Source of the DNA: Terriglobia bacterium
Lineage (GTDB): Bacteria > Acidobacteriota > Terriglobia > Bryobacterales > Bryobacteraceae
Direction: 5' to 3'
Length of the DNA stretch: 64,000 nucleotides
Assembly (NCBI GenBank): GCA_963835255.1
Contig: CAWIFY010000022.1
Coordinates: forward strand, 35,784-99,783
Shown here in pieces: positions 19,111-28,504 of this stretch. The position numbers and the translations under genes were made by a program. Each line of letters starts with the position of its first letter. Position 1 is the stretch's first letter. A model generated the notes under the pieces. The model had not been told where the DNA came from and did no database searches. It was given only the letters and a program-made list of their open reading frames with translations.

Positions 19111-19635
19111 ATGGCAACCGAGCTTGTTATTCCAGCGACTTACGTAGATGATGATCCAGAACACTACGAACTACTCGACGGACGGATGGTTAGGAAAGCA
19201 TCGGTGGGCAGGAAAAAGCATTCGCGGATCGATCGAATAGTTTGGGCCCTGTTGCAGGAGTCCCAGCAGAAGCTCGGCGGCACGTTGGAAATGGAATGGA
19301 CCATGCTGAACGGCGCCGAGAAGCTGATTCCTGATGTCACTTTCTCCTTCCCAAACCATCAGGAGTTCGACGGTTATCTGGTAGCGCCCGCATTCCTGGT
19401 TGTCGAAACATCCTCTCAAGACCAGTCGCTATCTTCTTTATTCAAGAAGTGCCGCGAGAAGTATCATTTTTTTGGCACTCCCTACTGCTGGGTGATCGAC
19501 TCGCAGGAGGAAGCCGGCTACGAATGCCACAAAGCGGATAACGGCTTGTTTCGATTGGTCGACGTGCTGACTGCCGGGCCAGAAGTAAGTATTTCCGTCA
19601 GCGCTATTTTCGACGAACTGAAGAAACAGCCCTAA
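19111..19635 (+). CDS. Uma2 (DUF820) family putative endonuclease
   Basis: The internal ATG at 19111 gives 174 aa: HYELLDGRMV...KLIPDVTF...PAFLVVETSS...KYHFFGTPYCWVIDSQ. Same length class as the two Uma2 genes at 51.8-52.9 kb. Confidence 0.75.
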   Translation: MATELVIPATYVDDDPEHYELLDGRMVRKASVGRKKHSRIDRIVWALLQESQQKLGGTLEMEWTMLNGAEKLIPDVTFSFPNHQEFDGYLVAPAFLVVETSSQDQSLSSLFKKCREKYHFFGTPYCWVIDSQEEAGYECHKADNGLFRLVDVLTAGPEVSISVSAIFDELKKQP

Positions 19636-19682
19636 CTTTGTCCCGTTCTGAACCAGAAGAGTATAGAATTCATATTCGATAT

Positions 19683-21194
19683 ATGAAGCCTCTCTTTGCC
19701 TTGCTCCTCATCCCGTTCCTGGCTCCGGCTGCCGGCCTCACCGGGAAATGGTCCGTCACCTTCAATGCGGACCGCACTGTCCGCGAAACCTCACTCTATC
19801 TCAAAACCCAAGGGGATTCGCTCACTGGCTACATGTTCTCCCATAACGGCAATGAGGCGATTCAGGACGGCAAAATAACCGGGGACAGCTTCTCTTTCTC
19901 GATCATCCGCGACAACTTCGGCGAGGAGCAGAAGTCGAATTACACGGGCCGCATCGAAGGCGATACGCTGCTGCTTCAAATGCCTGGCTCGGAAGATCGT
20001 CGGGGCCGTCAATTGCACATGAAGCAGGTGTCGACCGAAGCTCCTGGTCCCATGCCGGAGGCTCCCAAGAAGATTTCTCTGCCCGAGGCGAAACCCGTTC
20101 CCTACAACGGCCTCGCTAAGACGCCGCCGATGGGCTGGAACAGTTGGAATAAGTTCGCGAACAAGGTTACGGATAAACTCATCCGCGAAACCGCCGACGC
20201 GATGGTCAGCAATGGTATGAAGGACGCCGGCTACATTTACGTCAACATAGACGATACCTGGGAAGCCGGACGAGACGGGCAAGGCAATATCCAGACAAAC
20301 TCCAAATTTCCGGATATGAAGGCGCTCGCCGATTACGTCCACAGCAAAGGCCTGAAACTCGGCATCTACTCTTCCCCGGGGCCGAAAACTTGCGGCGGTT
20401 ACGAAGGCAGCTTTAAACATGAAGAGCAGGACGCCAAGACTTATGCTTCCTGGGATATCGATTTCCTTAAATATGACTGGTGCAGCGCGACTCAGGTCTA
20501 TGACTACCATTCGATGCCTGCCGTTTACGCCAAAATGGGCGAGGCACTGCAGAGTACGGGACGGCCAATAGTCTATAGTCTTTGCCAGTATGGCGTTTTT
20601 CACGGGCCACAGTGGGGCGCAAGTGTCGGCGGTAATTCATGGCGCACAACCGGCGACATCAGCGATAACTGGAAATCGATGTCCCACATCGGCTTCGACT
20701 TGCAGGAAGGCCTTGCTCAATATGCGGGACCGGGTCACTGGAACGATCCCGACATGCTGGAAGTTGGCAATGGTGGCATGAGCGAGACCGAGTACCGCAC
20801 CCACATGAGCCTTTGGAGTCTGCTTGCCGCGCCACTCCTCGCGGGCAACGACCTGCGTAGCGTGTCTCCTGCAATTCTTCAGATCCTTACGAATAAAGAT
20901 GCCATCGCCATCGATCAGGACCCCCTTGGTAAAGAGGCAACACGCGTTGCGAAGAATGGAGATCTCGAGGTCTGGGCGCGCCCGCTGGCCGAAGGCGCTG
21001 AAGCTGTCGGGCTGTTTAACCGTGGCGCAACATCAGCACGGATCTCGGCGACTAGGTCTGACCTGAAACTCGACGGCAATTTTACTGTTCGCGATCTCTG
21101 GGAGCATGCTGATCGGGGAAAGCTCGCAAACGAGTTCTCAGCCGAAGTGCCGTCACACGGAGTCGTGCTGATCAGGCTACAGCCAGCTCAGTAG
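19683..21194 (+). CDS. secreted GH27 alpha-galactosidase with N-terminal accessory domain
   Basis: Signal peptide MKPLFALLLIPFLAPAAG. Motifs PPMGWNSWNKF, YVNIDDTWE, DFLKYDWC, WRTTGDI and the C-terminal beta-sandwich EVWARPL... Confidence 0.88.
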   Translation: MKPLFALLLIPFLAPAAGLTGKWSVTFNADRTVRETSLYLKTQGDSLTGYMFSHNGNEAIQDGKITGDSFSFSIIRDNFGEEQKSNYTGRIEGDTLLLQMPGSEDRRGRQLHMKQVSTEAPGPMPEAPKKISLPEAKPVPYNGLAKTPPMGWNSWNKFANKVTDKLIRETADAMVSNGMKDAGYIYVNIDDTWEAGRDGQGNIQTNSKFPDMKALADYVHSKGLKLGIYSSPGPKTCGGYEGSFKHEEQDAKTYASWDIDFLKYDWCSATQVYDYHSMPAVYAKMGEALQSTGRPIVYSLCQYGVFHGPQWGASVGGNSWRTTGDISDNWKSMSHIGFDLQEGLAQYAGPGHWNDPDMLEVGNGGMSETEYRTHMSLWSLLAAPLLAGNDLRSVSPAILQILTNKDAIAIDQDPLGKEATRVAKNGDLEVWARPLAEGAEAVGLFNRGATSARISATRSDLKLDGNFTVRDLWEHADRGKLANEFSAEVPSHGVVLIRLQPAQ

Positions 21195-21200
21195 ACACTC

Positions 21201-22532
21201 CTATTTTATTTTCTTGCCTGGCATATCGCGGCCGCCCTGGTGCAGGATCACTTGCGTCACCTTGCCCGAGGCATCTTTCGTAAACTCGAGTTGCGCATCC
21301 ACTACTTTCAAGAAAAAGCGATTCTCCGATTCCGCAAAGATGGGAATTCTCTGTTGCCCGGTCAACTGCGTCTCGAGATGGTCACCCTCCAAGGTCACGC
21401 TCAGAACGGCTCCCGGAGCAAGCTGATAATCGCCAACGTACTGCTTGAGCGCTGCGGGCGATAGTTTGATCTCTTTCCGCTCGGAAGGAAGCGTCACCTT
21501 CTCGCCGTGAATCGTCGCTGCAAGCGCACCTGCTATTTCATCCGGCGCCCCGCCGTTCAAATTCCCGAGCACGATTACAATGAGCTGGTCGTCAGGCCAG
21601 TAAGCCAGCTCAGTGTTAAACCCCTCGATTCCTCCGCCGTGCTCGATCTCCTTCCGACCGTTGACCTGCCTGACTTGCAAGCCAAACGCATAATCCTGTT
21701 TGAAAGGCGTCGTCATCTCTTTCAAAGAATCCGCGTGCAAAACCTTTCCGCCGAAGAGCCCGCGCTCCCACCGGAGCAGGTCCTCGCTTGTTGAGTAAAG
21801 CGCGCCTGCCGAAAAGGGAATTGTCATGTCGATGTATCCGGCATTAATGATGCCGTGCTCCGACGGCGTATATCCCGAGGCTCGATGCATGATAATAGCC
21901 GAGTTCGAGTCATATCCCGAATCCTTCATCCCGAGTGGCGTGAAGATGCTCTGTTCCACGAATTGCTGATAGGTCTGGCCGCTGATCTTCTCGAGCAGAT
22001 ATCCAAGAAGTACGTAACCCGAATTGCTATAACTCCACTTAGTTCCTGGCTCGAAATCGAGCGGCTTGTCGCGAAACCGCTCAACCAGTTTCTCCGGGGT
22101 CGTACTCTTCGCTTCCGAGTCCTTATAGTCCTTAAAACTAGTAAAGCTCGGAATGCCTGAGGTGTGAGTCAAAACCTGGTAAATGGTGATCTTGTCCCAG
22201 GCTGCAGGCGCGTTCTGCATGTACTTTTTCACGGGATCACTCACCTTCAACTTGCCCCGCTCTTCCAGGAGCAAAATGCAGGCAGCAGTGAATTGTTTCG
22301 TGATGGAGCCAAGGCGAAACTTGGTCGCCGGCGAGTTTGGAACCGACCACTCGAGGTCCGCTGAGCCGTACCCCTGGTTGAGCAAGATCTGGTCGCCCTT
22401 CGCCACCAGCACCGAGCCCATAAACTGATGATCGTTCACGTATGAGTTGATAACCTGCTGCATGCGTGCCGCGGGGTCCTGCGCCCAAGCAAGGGAGCCT
22501 AGCAGCAAGCATCCGGCTAAAGTCTTCCGCAT
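21201..22532 (-). CDS. beta-lactamase-family serine hydrolase with C-terminal extra domain
   Basis: Signal peptide present. SITKQFTA (SxxK), YSNSGY (YxN) and HGGGIEGF motifs. Confidence 0.85.
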   Translation of the reverse strand: MRKTLAGCLLLGSLAWAQDPAARMQQVINSYVNDHQFMGSVLVAKGDQILLNQGYGSADLEWSVPNSPATKFRLGSITKQFTAACILLLEERGKLKVSDPVKKYMQNAPAAWDKITIYQVLTHTSGIPSFTSFKDYKDSEAKSTTPEKLVERFRDKPLDFEPGTKWSYSNSGYVLLGYLLEKISGQTYQQFVEQSIFTPLGMKDSGYDSNSAIIMHRASGYTPSEHGIINAGYIDMTIPFSAGALYSTSEDLLRWERGLFGGKVLHADSLKEMTTPFKQDYAFGLQVRQVNGRKEIEHGGGIEGFNTELAYWPDDQLIVIVLGNLNGGAPDEIAGALAATIHGEKVTLPSERKEIKLSPAALKQYVGDYQLAPGAVLSVTLEGDHLETQLTGQQRIPIFAESENRFFLKVVDAQLEFTKDASGKVTQVILHQGGRDMPGKKIK

Positions 22533-22558
22533 AGAGCGCTACTATATCGAATCTGCGT

Positions 22559-24928
22559 ATGCTTAGAGGCCAGATTAGCTCCGCGCACGCGCTGCTGCGA
22601 AAATTGAAGTTGACGATGCTCCTTCACATGGCAGTCGTGCTGTCGCTGGCCTCTCTCGTGTTCGCTCAAACCGAAGTTGGCGAACTTCGCCTGGTTCTTA
22701 CCGATACCAGCGGTCTTCCGGTGCAAGGTACCGCTGAGCTCGCGAGTCAGGCCAACCAGTATGTCCATACTTTCGCCGCCGATGCCGAAGGCCGCGTGAT
22801 CGCTAAGCGCCTGCCTTTTGGCCTGTACACCGTGAAGATCGTCCACCCCGGCTTTACTCCCGTTTCCGAGGTGATCGAGATCCGTTCCGCCATTCCGAAA
22901 GAGCTTACTGTGAGGCTAGGAATTGAGCACATCAAGACCACCGTCAGCGTCAATGACAATGCGACGCTCATCAACCCCGCAAACTATTCGGGGAACATCC
23001 AGATTGGCAGCCCTACTCTCCAAGACAGGCTTACTCCCATGCCCGGCCGTTCTCTCGCGGAATTAGTGAACCAGGAGCCTGGCTGGGTCTTCGAAGCGAA
23101 CGGCATTCTGCATCCCCGCGGCGAAGAGTATCAGGTGCAGTATGTGGTCGACGGCATTCCGCTTACCGAAAATCGGTCGGCGGCGTTCGTCCCGGACTTT
23201 GATGCCGGTAGCGTACAGTCGATGAGTATCTACACCGCGGGCTTCCCAGCCGAGTACGGCAGAAAGATGGGAGGTGCTATTGAAGTCGAGACAAGGCGCG
23301 ACACCCGGCACGGTTTTCATGGCAGAGCCATCCTTTCAGGTGGCAGCTTTACTACATTGAACGGCTATTTACAGACCCAATATGGTTTTGGGAAGAATAC
23401 GTTTACCCTGAGCGCCGCTGGTTCCACCACCGATCATTATCTGGACCCGCCTGTTACCCAGAACTTCACGAACCACGGCGCAACAACCGATTTCATGGCT
23501 CAATACGAGCGCGACCTGACCGATAAAGACCGTGTCTCACTCATCCTTCGGCGCGAGCAATCCAAATTTCTTGTACCGAACGAACTTATACAGCAGTCAG
23601 CCGGCCAGCGCCAGGACCGCCAAAGCTTCGAAACTGCCGCTCAATTCTCGTATCAGCACATCTTCTCTTCTAATGTGCTTGCCGATTTCCGCGCTATGAC
23701 GCGCGATTTAACTGCCCGTTTGTGGTCGAACAATCTTGCAACTCCCATGATCGTGACTCAGGATCGCGGTTACCACGAAGAGTATGTCAAGGCAACCGTT
23801 TCCGTGCATGCCGGGATCCACGAATTCAAAGCCGGTCTCGAATCCGACTATGCTTCCATTCAGGAAGCCCTGAGTTACCTGATCACAGATCCAAGTCAAT
23901 TTGACCCCGCGACTCCCCTCGCGTTCACCTTTTATGAGCACGCGCCGGATCGTGAGCAGGGGGTTTTCGGACAGGACGATCTTCACTGGAAGAACTTAAC
24001 GCTGAGCGGGGGACTTCGTTTCGATCATTACGATCTGCTGGTCAATCAGGTCGGCTGGAGTCCCCGCGCGGGCATTGCCGTTTATTGGCCACAAACAGGA
24101 ATTGTCTTTCGCGCCGCGTACGACAGAGTTTTTCAAACACCCGCCTTTGAGAATCTCCTCGTTTCCAGCTCTCCGTTGGTCACTAGCCTCAGCGATCAGG
24201 TGTTGCGCTTGCCTGTCGAACCGGCGCGTGGCAATTATTACCAGGCCGGATTCGGGCGGGGCTTCTTCGGTCATGTGAGTCTTAACTCCAACTTCTTCTG
24301 GCGCCGATACCATAACTATCCAGACGACAATTTGTTACTCAACACAGGCGTGAGTTTCCCCATTTCGTTTGCGCTCGCAAACATTTATGGTGTCGAAACA
24401 AAGCTCGATATCCCCCACTGGGGGCGCTTCTCCGGTTACGCCAGTTGGACTAATTCGCGCGGTAACGGCTATTTCCCCGCTACCGGCGGTCTCTTCCTCG
24501 GTGACGATGCTGCTTATGCTATCAGCGCGACCAGCGGCGAATTTCCAGTTTCTCAGGATCAACGAAACAGCGTCCGCGCTCGCATCCGCTGCGACCTGAC
24601 TCCTCGTCTCTGGCTTGCGTTCGGCGGAACCTATGATTCCGGACTGCCCATTGATTTCGATGGCACCTATCAACAGGCTCTCCAGCAGTACGGGCCTAAC
24701 ATTGTCAATCGGATCAATTTCGGAAATTATCGGCCGCGTCCGCTCGGCTCTCTCAGTGCCTCGCTGGGCTTGCTCCTCAACAAAAGCGAGAAGTTTCCGG
24801 CTCGCTTTCAGATCGACGGAACAAATTTGACAAACGAGATCAATGTCATCGATTTCGCTGGCCTCTTTTCCGGTACCGCTATCGCTGGCAGTCGCAGCGT
24901 GAACGCTCGTTTGCAGGTGAATTTCTAA
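22559..24928 (+). CDS. TonB-dependent outer-membrane receptor with carboxypeptidase-regulatory-like N-domain
   Basis: Signal peptide ..VLSLASLVFAQ. CarboxypepD_reg-like beta-sandwich. Plug region (ANGILHPRGEEYQVQYVVDGIPLTEN). A long beta-barrel ends in a terminal F. The alternative start ATG 22616 is equally possible. Confidence 0.82.
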   Translation: MLRGQISSAHALLRKLKLTMLLHMAVVLSLASLVFAQTEVGELRLVLTDTSGLPVQGTAELASQANQYVHTFAADAEGRVIAKRLPFGLYTVKIVHPGFTPVSEVIEIRSAIPKELTVRLGIEHIKTTVSVNDNATLINPANYSGNIQIGSPTLQDRLTPMPGRSLAELVNQEPGWVFEANGILHPRGEEYQVQYVVDGIPLTENRSAAFVPDFDAGSVQSMSIYTAGFPAEYGRKMGGAIEVETRRDTRHGFHGRAILSGGSFTTLNGYLQTQYGFGKNTFTLSAAGSTTDHYLDPPVTQNFTNHGATTDFMAQYERDLTDKDRVSLILRREQSKFLVPNELIQQSAGQRQDRQSFETAAQFSYQHIFSSNVLADFRAMTRDLTARLWSNNLATPMIVTQDRGYHEEYVKATVSVHAGIHEFKAGLESDYASIQEALSYLITDPSQFDPATPLAFTFYEHAPDREQGVFGQDDLHWKNLTLSGGLRFDHYDLLVNQVGWSPRAGIAVYWPQTGIVFRAAYDRVFQTPAFENLLVSSSPLVTSLSDQVLRLPVEPARGNYYQAGFGRGFFGHVSLNSNFFWRRYHNYPDDNLLLNTGVSFPISFALANIYGVETKLDIPHWGRFSGYASWTNSRGNGYFPATGGLFLGDDAAYAISATSGEFPVSQDQRNSVRARIRCDLTPRLWLAFGGTYDSGLPIDFDGTYQQALQQYGPNIVNRINFGNYRPRPLGSLSASLGLLLNKSEKFPARFQIDGTNLTNEINVIDFAGLFSGTAIAGSRSVNARLQVNF

Positions 24929-24931
24929 TCG

Positions 24932-26785
24932 ATGCATATCCCGGACGGCTATCTTAGTCCTTCTACCTGCGCCGGCCTGTACGCGGTATCGGGGCCGTTC
25001 TGGTATACCGCCCTGCGCCGAACCCGCAATTCTCTCACCGCGCGAACCGTTCCGCTGCTCTCGGTCTTCTCTGCTTTTTCATTCGTCGTCATGATGTTTA
25101 ATCTCCCGCTGCCTGGCGGGACGACCGGCCATGCGGTCGGGATGGGCGTCGCAGCAGTCGTGCTTGGTCCCTGGTTCTCGCTGCTCTCTATTTCTACAGC
25201 GTTGGCCATTCAGGCGTTGCTGTTCGGGGATGGCGGAGTAACAACTTTCGGTGCAAACTGTTTCAATATGGCCATAATAGGCTCATTCTCCGCCTACGCA
25301 GTCTACCGCCTGCTTGCCCGCAATTCAGCTCTAACTTCTCCGCGGCGCGCAGTGGCTGCAGGTCTCGGAGGCTACTTCGGGATTAATCTCGCAGCCCTTT
25401 GTGCCGCCATCGAGTTCGGGTTACAGCCGCGTTTTTTTCACGATTCGGCTGGCGCGCCGCTTTATGCACCCTACCCGCTCCACATTGCAATTCCGGCCAT
25501 GCTGGTCGGCCATCTCACTTTCGCAGGTCTGGCGGAATTCATCCTCTCTGTCGGGCTTGTCGTCTACTTGCAGCGTGCTGACCCTGCGCTTCTCAGCAGG
25601 ACCGCACCCTGTGCCCCGGAAGTTGAAATCGGTGCTTCCCCCTTGGTTGTGTCCGGGATTCCGTGGCTCGCCTGGCGGAAACTCTGGTTGATCCTCGGCT
25701 TCTTCCTCGCTTTGACGCCGCTCGGCATTTTGGCCAGCGGCACCGCTTGGGGCGAATGGCGTGTCAGTGCTTTCAAGCGTGCCGCTGTTCCCGCTGGTCT
25801 GCTGCGCATATCTTCTCTTTGGCGCGCTCCTCTTCGCGATTACGCGCCAAGTTTCATTCGCAGCGCCGGTTTCGGATATTTTCTGTGTGCAATCGCCGGA
25901 GTCGGCGTAATCATTCTTTTGGCGTTCTTTACTGTCTGGCTCACAAACCAGATCCCCGAAGGCTCGCGCATTCACAAGAGTTACCTGGAACAAACCATCG
26001 GTTCACTCCTGCGCGTCTCCGAAGAGTCGCTCTTCGCCGAACAGGTCGCTCAATCACAAGGCTTGCTTCAGCGCATTGACCCGCGCGTCAAACTCGTAGG
26101 TCTCGGCGCCCTGATTCTGTCGGCGATTTCGATTCGTCGCCTGTGGCTCTCGGCCACGCTCTTTCTTTTTAGCATCTTGCTCGCTTGCCTCTGCCGTATT
26201 CCGTTGCGCGCGCTTGCCACTCGGGTCTGGCTTGCCGTTCTCGCATTTACTGGAGCGATAGCCCTTCCTGCCCTGTTTCTGGTGGCGGGCGGCGAAATGT
26301 ATCGCGTTCCGCTGCTCGGCTGGGCAATCAGCGGTCAAGGCCTAACCGCAGCCGCTTTTCTGCTACTGCGCGCGGAAACCGCCGCTACGCTCGTGATGAT
26401 CTTGCTTCTCACCACGCGCTGGAATCGTCTGCTGCGCGCCCTCCGCATCTTCCGCGTTCCAGCCGTTATGGTGATTGTGTTCCAGATGACCTATCGCTAC
26501 TTGTTCGTTTTCCTCCGTGCCGCTAGCGATCTTTTCGAAGCGCGACGCGCCCGGCTACTCGGGCCACCTGTGCCGGAATCTCAGCGCACTTCGGCGACCG
26601 CTATCGCCGGCGTGCTCCTGGAAAAAAGCTTTCTGCTCAGCAGCGAAGTATATCTGGCTATGGAGGCGCGCGGCTTCCGTGGCGAGATTCGGCTGCTTGA
26701 CGATTTCAGCATGCGAATCGCCGACTGGCTCTCCTTAGCTGTCTTCCTTTCGCTCGCGAGCCTCGCTGTTTGGGTCGGACGCTGA
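24932..26785 (+). CDS. fused ECF-type Co/Ni transporter: CbiM/NikM substrate component plus CbiQ transmembrane component
   Basis: The N-terminus MHIPDGYLS...GTTGHAVG...LLFGDGG is the CbiM signature. The central region has extra TM segments (GTAWGEW). The C-terminal ~250 aa are CbiQ-like (..LLRAETAATLVMILLLTTRWNRLLRALRIFRVP..ARRARL). All lie in one 617-aa ORF. Confidence 0.82.
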   Translation: MHIPDGYLSPSTCAGLYAVSGPFWYTALRRTRNSLTARTVPLLSVFSAFSFVVMMFNLPLPGGTTGHAVGMGVAAVVLGPWFSLLSISTALAIQALLFGDGGVTTFGANCFNMAIIGSFSAYAVYRLLARNSALTSPRRAVAAGLGGYFGINLAALCAAIEFGLQPRFFHDSAGAPLYAPYPLHIAIPAMLVGHLTFAGLAEFILSVGLVVYLQRADPALLSRTAPCAPEVEIGASPLVVSGIPWLAWRKLWLILGFFLALTPLGILASGTAWGEWRVSAFKRAAVPAGLLRISSLWRAPLRDYAPSFIRSAGFGYFLCAIAGVGVIILLAFFTVWLTNQIPEGSRIHKSYLEQTIGSLLRVSEESLFAEQVAQSQGLLQRIDPRVKLVGLGALILSAISIRRLWLSATLFLFSILLACLCRIPLRALATRVWLAVLAFTGAIALPALFLVAGGEMYRVPLLGWAISGQGLTAAAFLLLRAETAATLVMILLLTTRWNRLLRALRIFRVPAVMVIVFQMTYRYLFVFLRAASDLFEARRARLLGPPVPESQRTSATAIAGVLLEKSFLLSSEVYLAMEARGFRGEIRLLDDFSMRIADWLSLAVFLSLASLAVWVGR

Positions 26786-27609
26786 TGCCGCTTGCGTCGC
26801 CAACTGTCTTCGCTGCGCAAGCGGTCTCGTTTTCCTATGGCAAGCTCCTCGCACTCCAAAACCTGTCGCTAAACATCGGAGAAGGCGAGCGTGTCGCTCT
26901 ACTCGGAGCGAATGGTTCTGGCAAATCCACTCTGTTCCGCCTGCTTGCGGCGCTTGCTTTCGCCGATCAGGGCAGCATCTCTTATCTAGGCCAAGAGCTA
27001 ACCGCCGCGAGACTGCAGCAGAAAGACTTCTTTTATGAGTTCCGCCGCTCAGTTGGCGTTGTTTTCCAAAACCCCGACGTTCAACTCTTTAACCCGAGTG
27101 TTTTCGACGAGATTGCGTTCGGACCTCTCCAGTTAGGTTGGCCGCAGGGCGAAATTCGTAGCCGAGTCGAACAGACTCTCTCGTTGCTCGGTATTTCCTC
27201 GCTAGCCGCCCGGGCTCCTCACCGTCTCTCTGGAGGCGAGAAGAAGCGGGTTGCGCTGGCATCGGTTCTCGTCACAGAACCGCAAGTTCTATTGCTTGAC
27301 GAGCCTCTCGAATCACTCGATCCCACCAGTCAAAACGGCATCATCGCGCTGCTTTCCTCTATGGCTTCCGGTCCGCGCACCGTGATCATCGCCACTCATG
27401 ACCTCAATGCACTCGAAAGTATCGCAGATCGCTGTCTTGTGTTAAGAGACGGTGCTGTAGCCGCTGAAGGAGATCCCTACACGATCCTTCATGACGCGCA
27501 TCTGCTCGAGCAGACCGGACTGGTGCGCCCCCACCGTCACCATCACCCTAAACCTGCCCAGCCGCATGGGCATCTGCACGCTGACGATCTGGAAGCTGGC
27601 CGCTTGTAA
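26785..27609 (+). CDS. cbiO: ECF transporter ATPase (CbiO-like) with His-rich C-terminal tail
   Basis: The ATG at 26785 overlaps the upstream TGA. Walker A GANGSGKST, signature LSGGEKKRV, Walker B LLLDEP. Tail is RPHRHHHPKPAQPHGHLH. Confidence 0.88.
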   Translation: MPLASPTVFAAQAVSFSYGKLLALQNLSLNIGEGERVALLGANGSGKSTLFRLLAALAFADQGSISYLGQELTAARLQQKDFFYEFRRSVGVVFQNPDVQLFNPSVFDEIAFGPLQLGWPQGEIRSRVEQTLSLLGISSLAARAPHRLSGGEKKRVALASVLVTEPQVLLLDEPLESLDPTSQNGIIALLSSMASGPRTVIIATHDLNALESIADRCLVLRDGAVAAEGDPYTILHDAHLLEQTGLVRPHRHHHPKPAQPHGHLHADDLEAGRL

Positions 27610-27706
27610 GTCTGCTACTGCCAGATCGTGCCCGTTTCCGTGTTCTAGCGGTTTAATTCCTTTTTCCTGCGCGTAACACTGCTGTCGGAGCGCCGTCTAA
27701 CAAGCG

Positions 27707-27895
27707 ATGGCTTGGCGAATCGTTGCGCTTATTCTATTTATCGGCGGTATTTTTGCCATGCCTTTGTGGCCCTATAGTCGGGACTGGAGCGTGTTTGCTC
27801 CAGGATTCTGCTGGTTCCTAGCAATCTTGGCTTTCCTGATCAGTATCTTTGCGAGGCGGGGTAGCGCAATCTGGAAGCATCGCGGTCAGGGCTAA
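27707..27895 (+). CDS. small membrane protein, DUF3309-like
   Basis: 62 aa with two TM helices. The PLWPYSRDW motif resembles the DUF3309 PxWPYSRxWG signature. Confidence 0.6.
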   Translation: MAWRIVALILFIGGIFAMPLWPYSRDWSVFAPGFCWFLAILAFLISIFARRGSAIWKHRGQG

Positions 27896-27943
27896 GAGAC
27901 GAATTTTTCAGGCTCCCGTCGAAATGTTTAGGAGGCACTTATC

Positions 27944-28504
27944 GTGCGGAAAGTGTTCTGTTCCACTATCGTCGCAGTTCTTTTAGTTCTTCCCAGCGTT
28001 GTCATTGCGGGCCAGCGCGATCACAATGACCCATACGTGCATGGACCGGCGGGTGAATCCAGAATGATTCAGGAAGTACGCCACCAGCTCGTAATGTTGC
28101 CGTATTACACCATCTTCGACGACCTCGGCTTTCGAGTGCAGGGCTCAACTGTGACCCTGGTGGGGGCTGTTACCAACCCGGTTCTCAAATCCGACGCGGG
28201 CAACGTTGTCAAGGGAGTTGAGGGCGTCACTCAGGTAAACAACGAGATCAAAGTTCTCCCGCTATCCCCGATGGACTCGCAGATTCGGCGCGCTATGTTC
28301 CGGACGATTTATGGCGACCCCCAGATTGGCGACCGTTACGGACATCAGGCTTTACCCAGCATTCACATTATCGTGGAAAACGGTCATGTGACTTTGGAAG
28401 GTGTTGTAGCTAATCAAGGCGATAAAAACCTGATAAATATTCGCGCCAACTCGGTCCCGAATGTTTTCAGCGTAACTAATAATCTGCAGGTTGAGAAGGG
28501 CTGA
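27944..28504 (+). CDS. secreted BON-domain protein (OsmY-like, two BON domains)
   Basis: Signal peptide present. Two repeats of the pattern ..V.V.G..VTL.G.V......K.......V.GV..V.N.I.V. Confidence 0.82.
   Translation: MRKVFCSTIVAVLLVLPSVVIAGQRDHNDPYVHGPAGESRMIQEVRHQLVMLPYYTIFDDLGFRVQGSTVTLVGAVTNPVLKSDAGNVVKGVEGVTQVNNEIKVLPLSPMDSQIRRAMFRTIYGDPQIGDRYGHQALPSIHIIVENGHVTLEGVVANQGDKNLINIRANSVPNVFSVTNNLQVEKG

Noticed and set aside
19791-20603. 270-aa minus-strand ORF
   Set aside because: It is antisense to the GH27 alpha-galactosidase and has no recognisable motifs.
22517-22620. Looked for a cobalamin riboswitch or NikR operator ahead of the TBDR/CbiMQO cluster
   Set aside because: The intergenic space is under 90 bp and shows no B12-box-like element or obvious palindrome. 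Regulation remains unknown.
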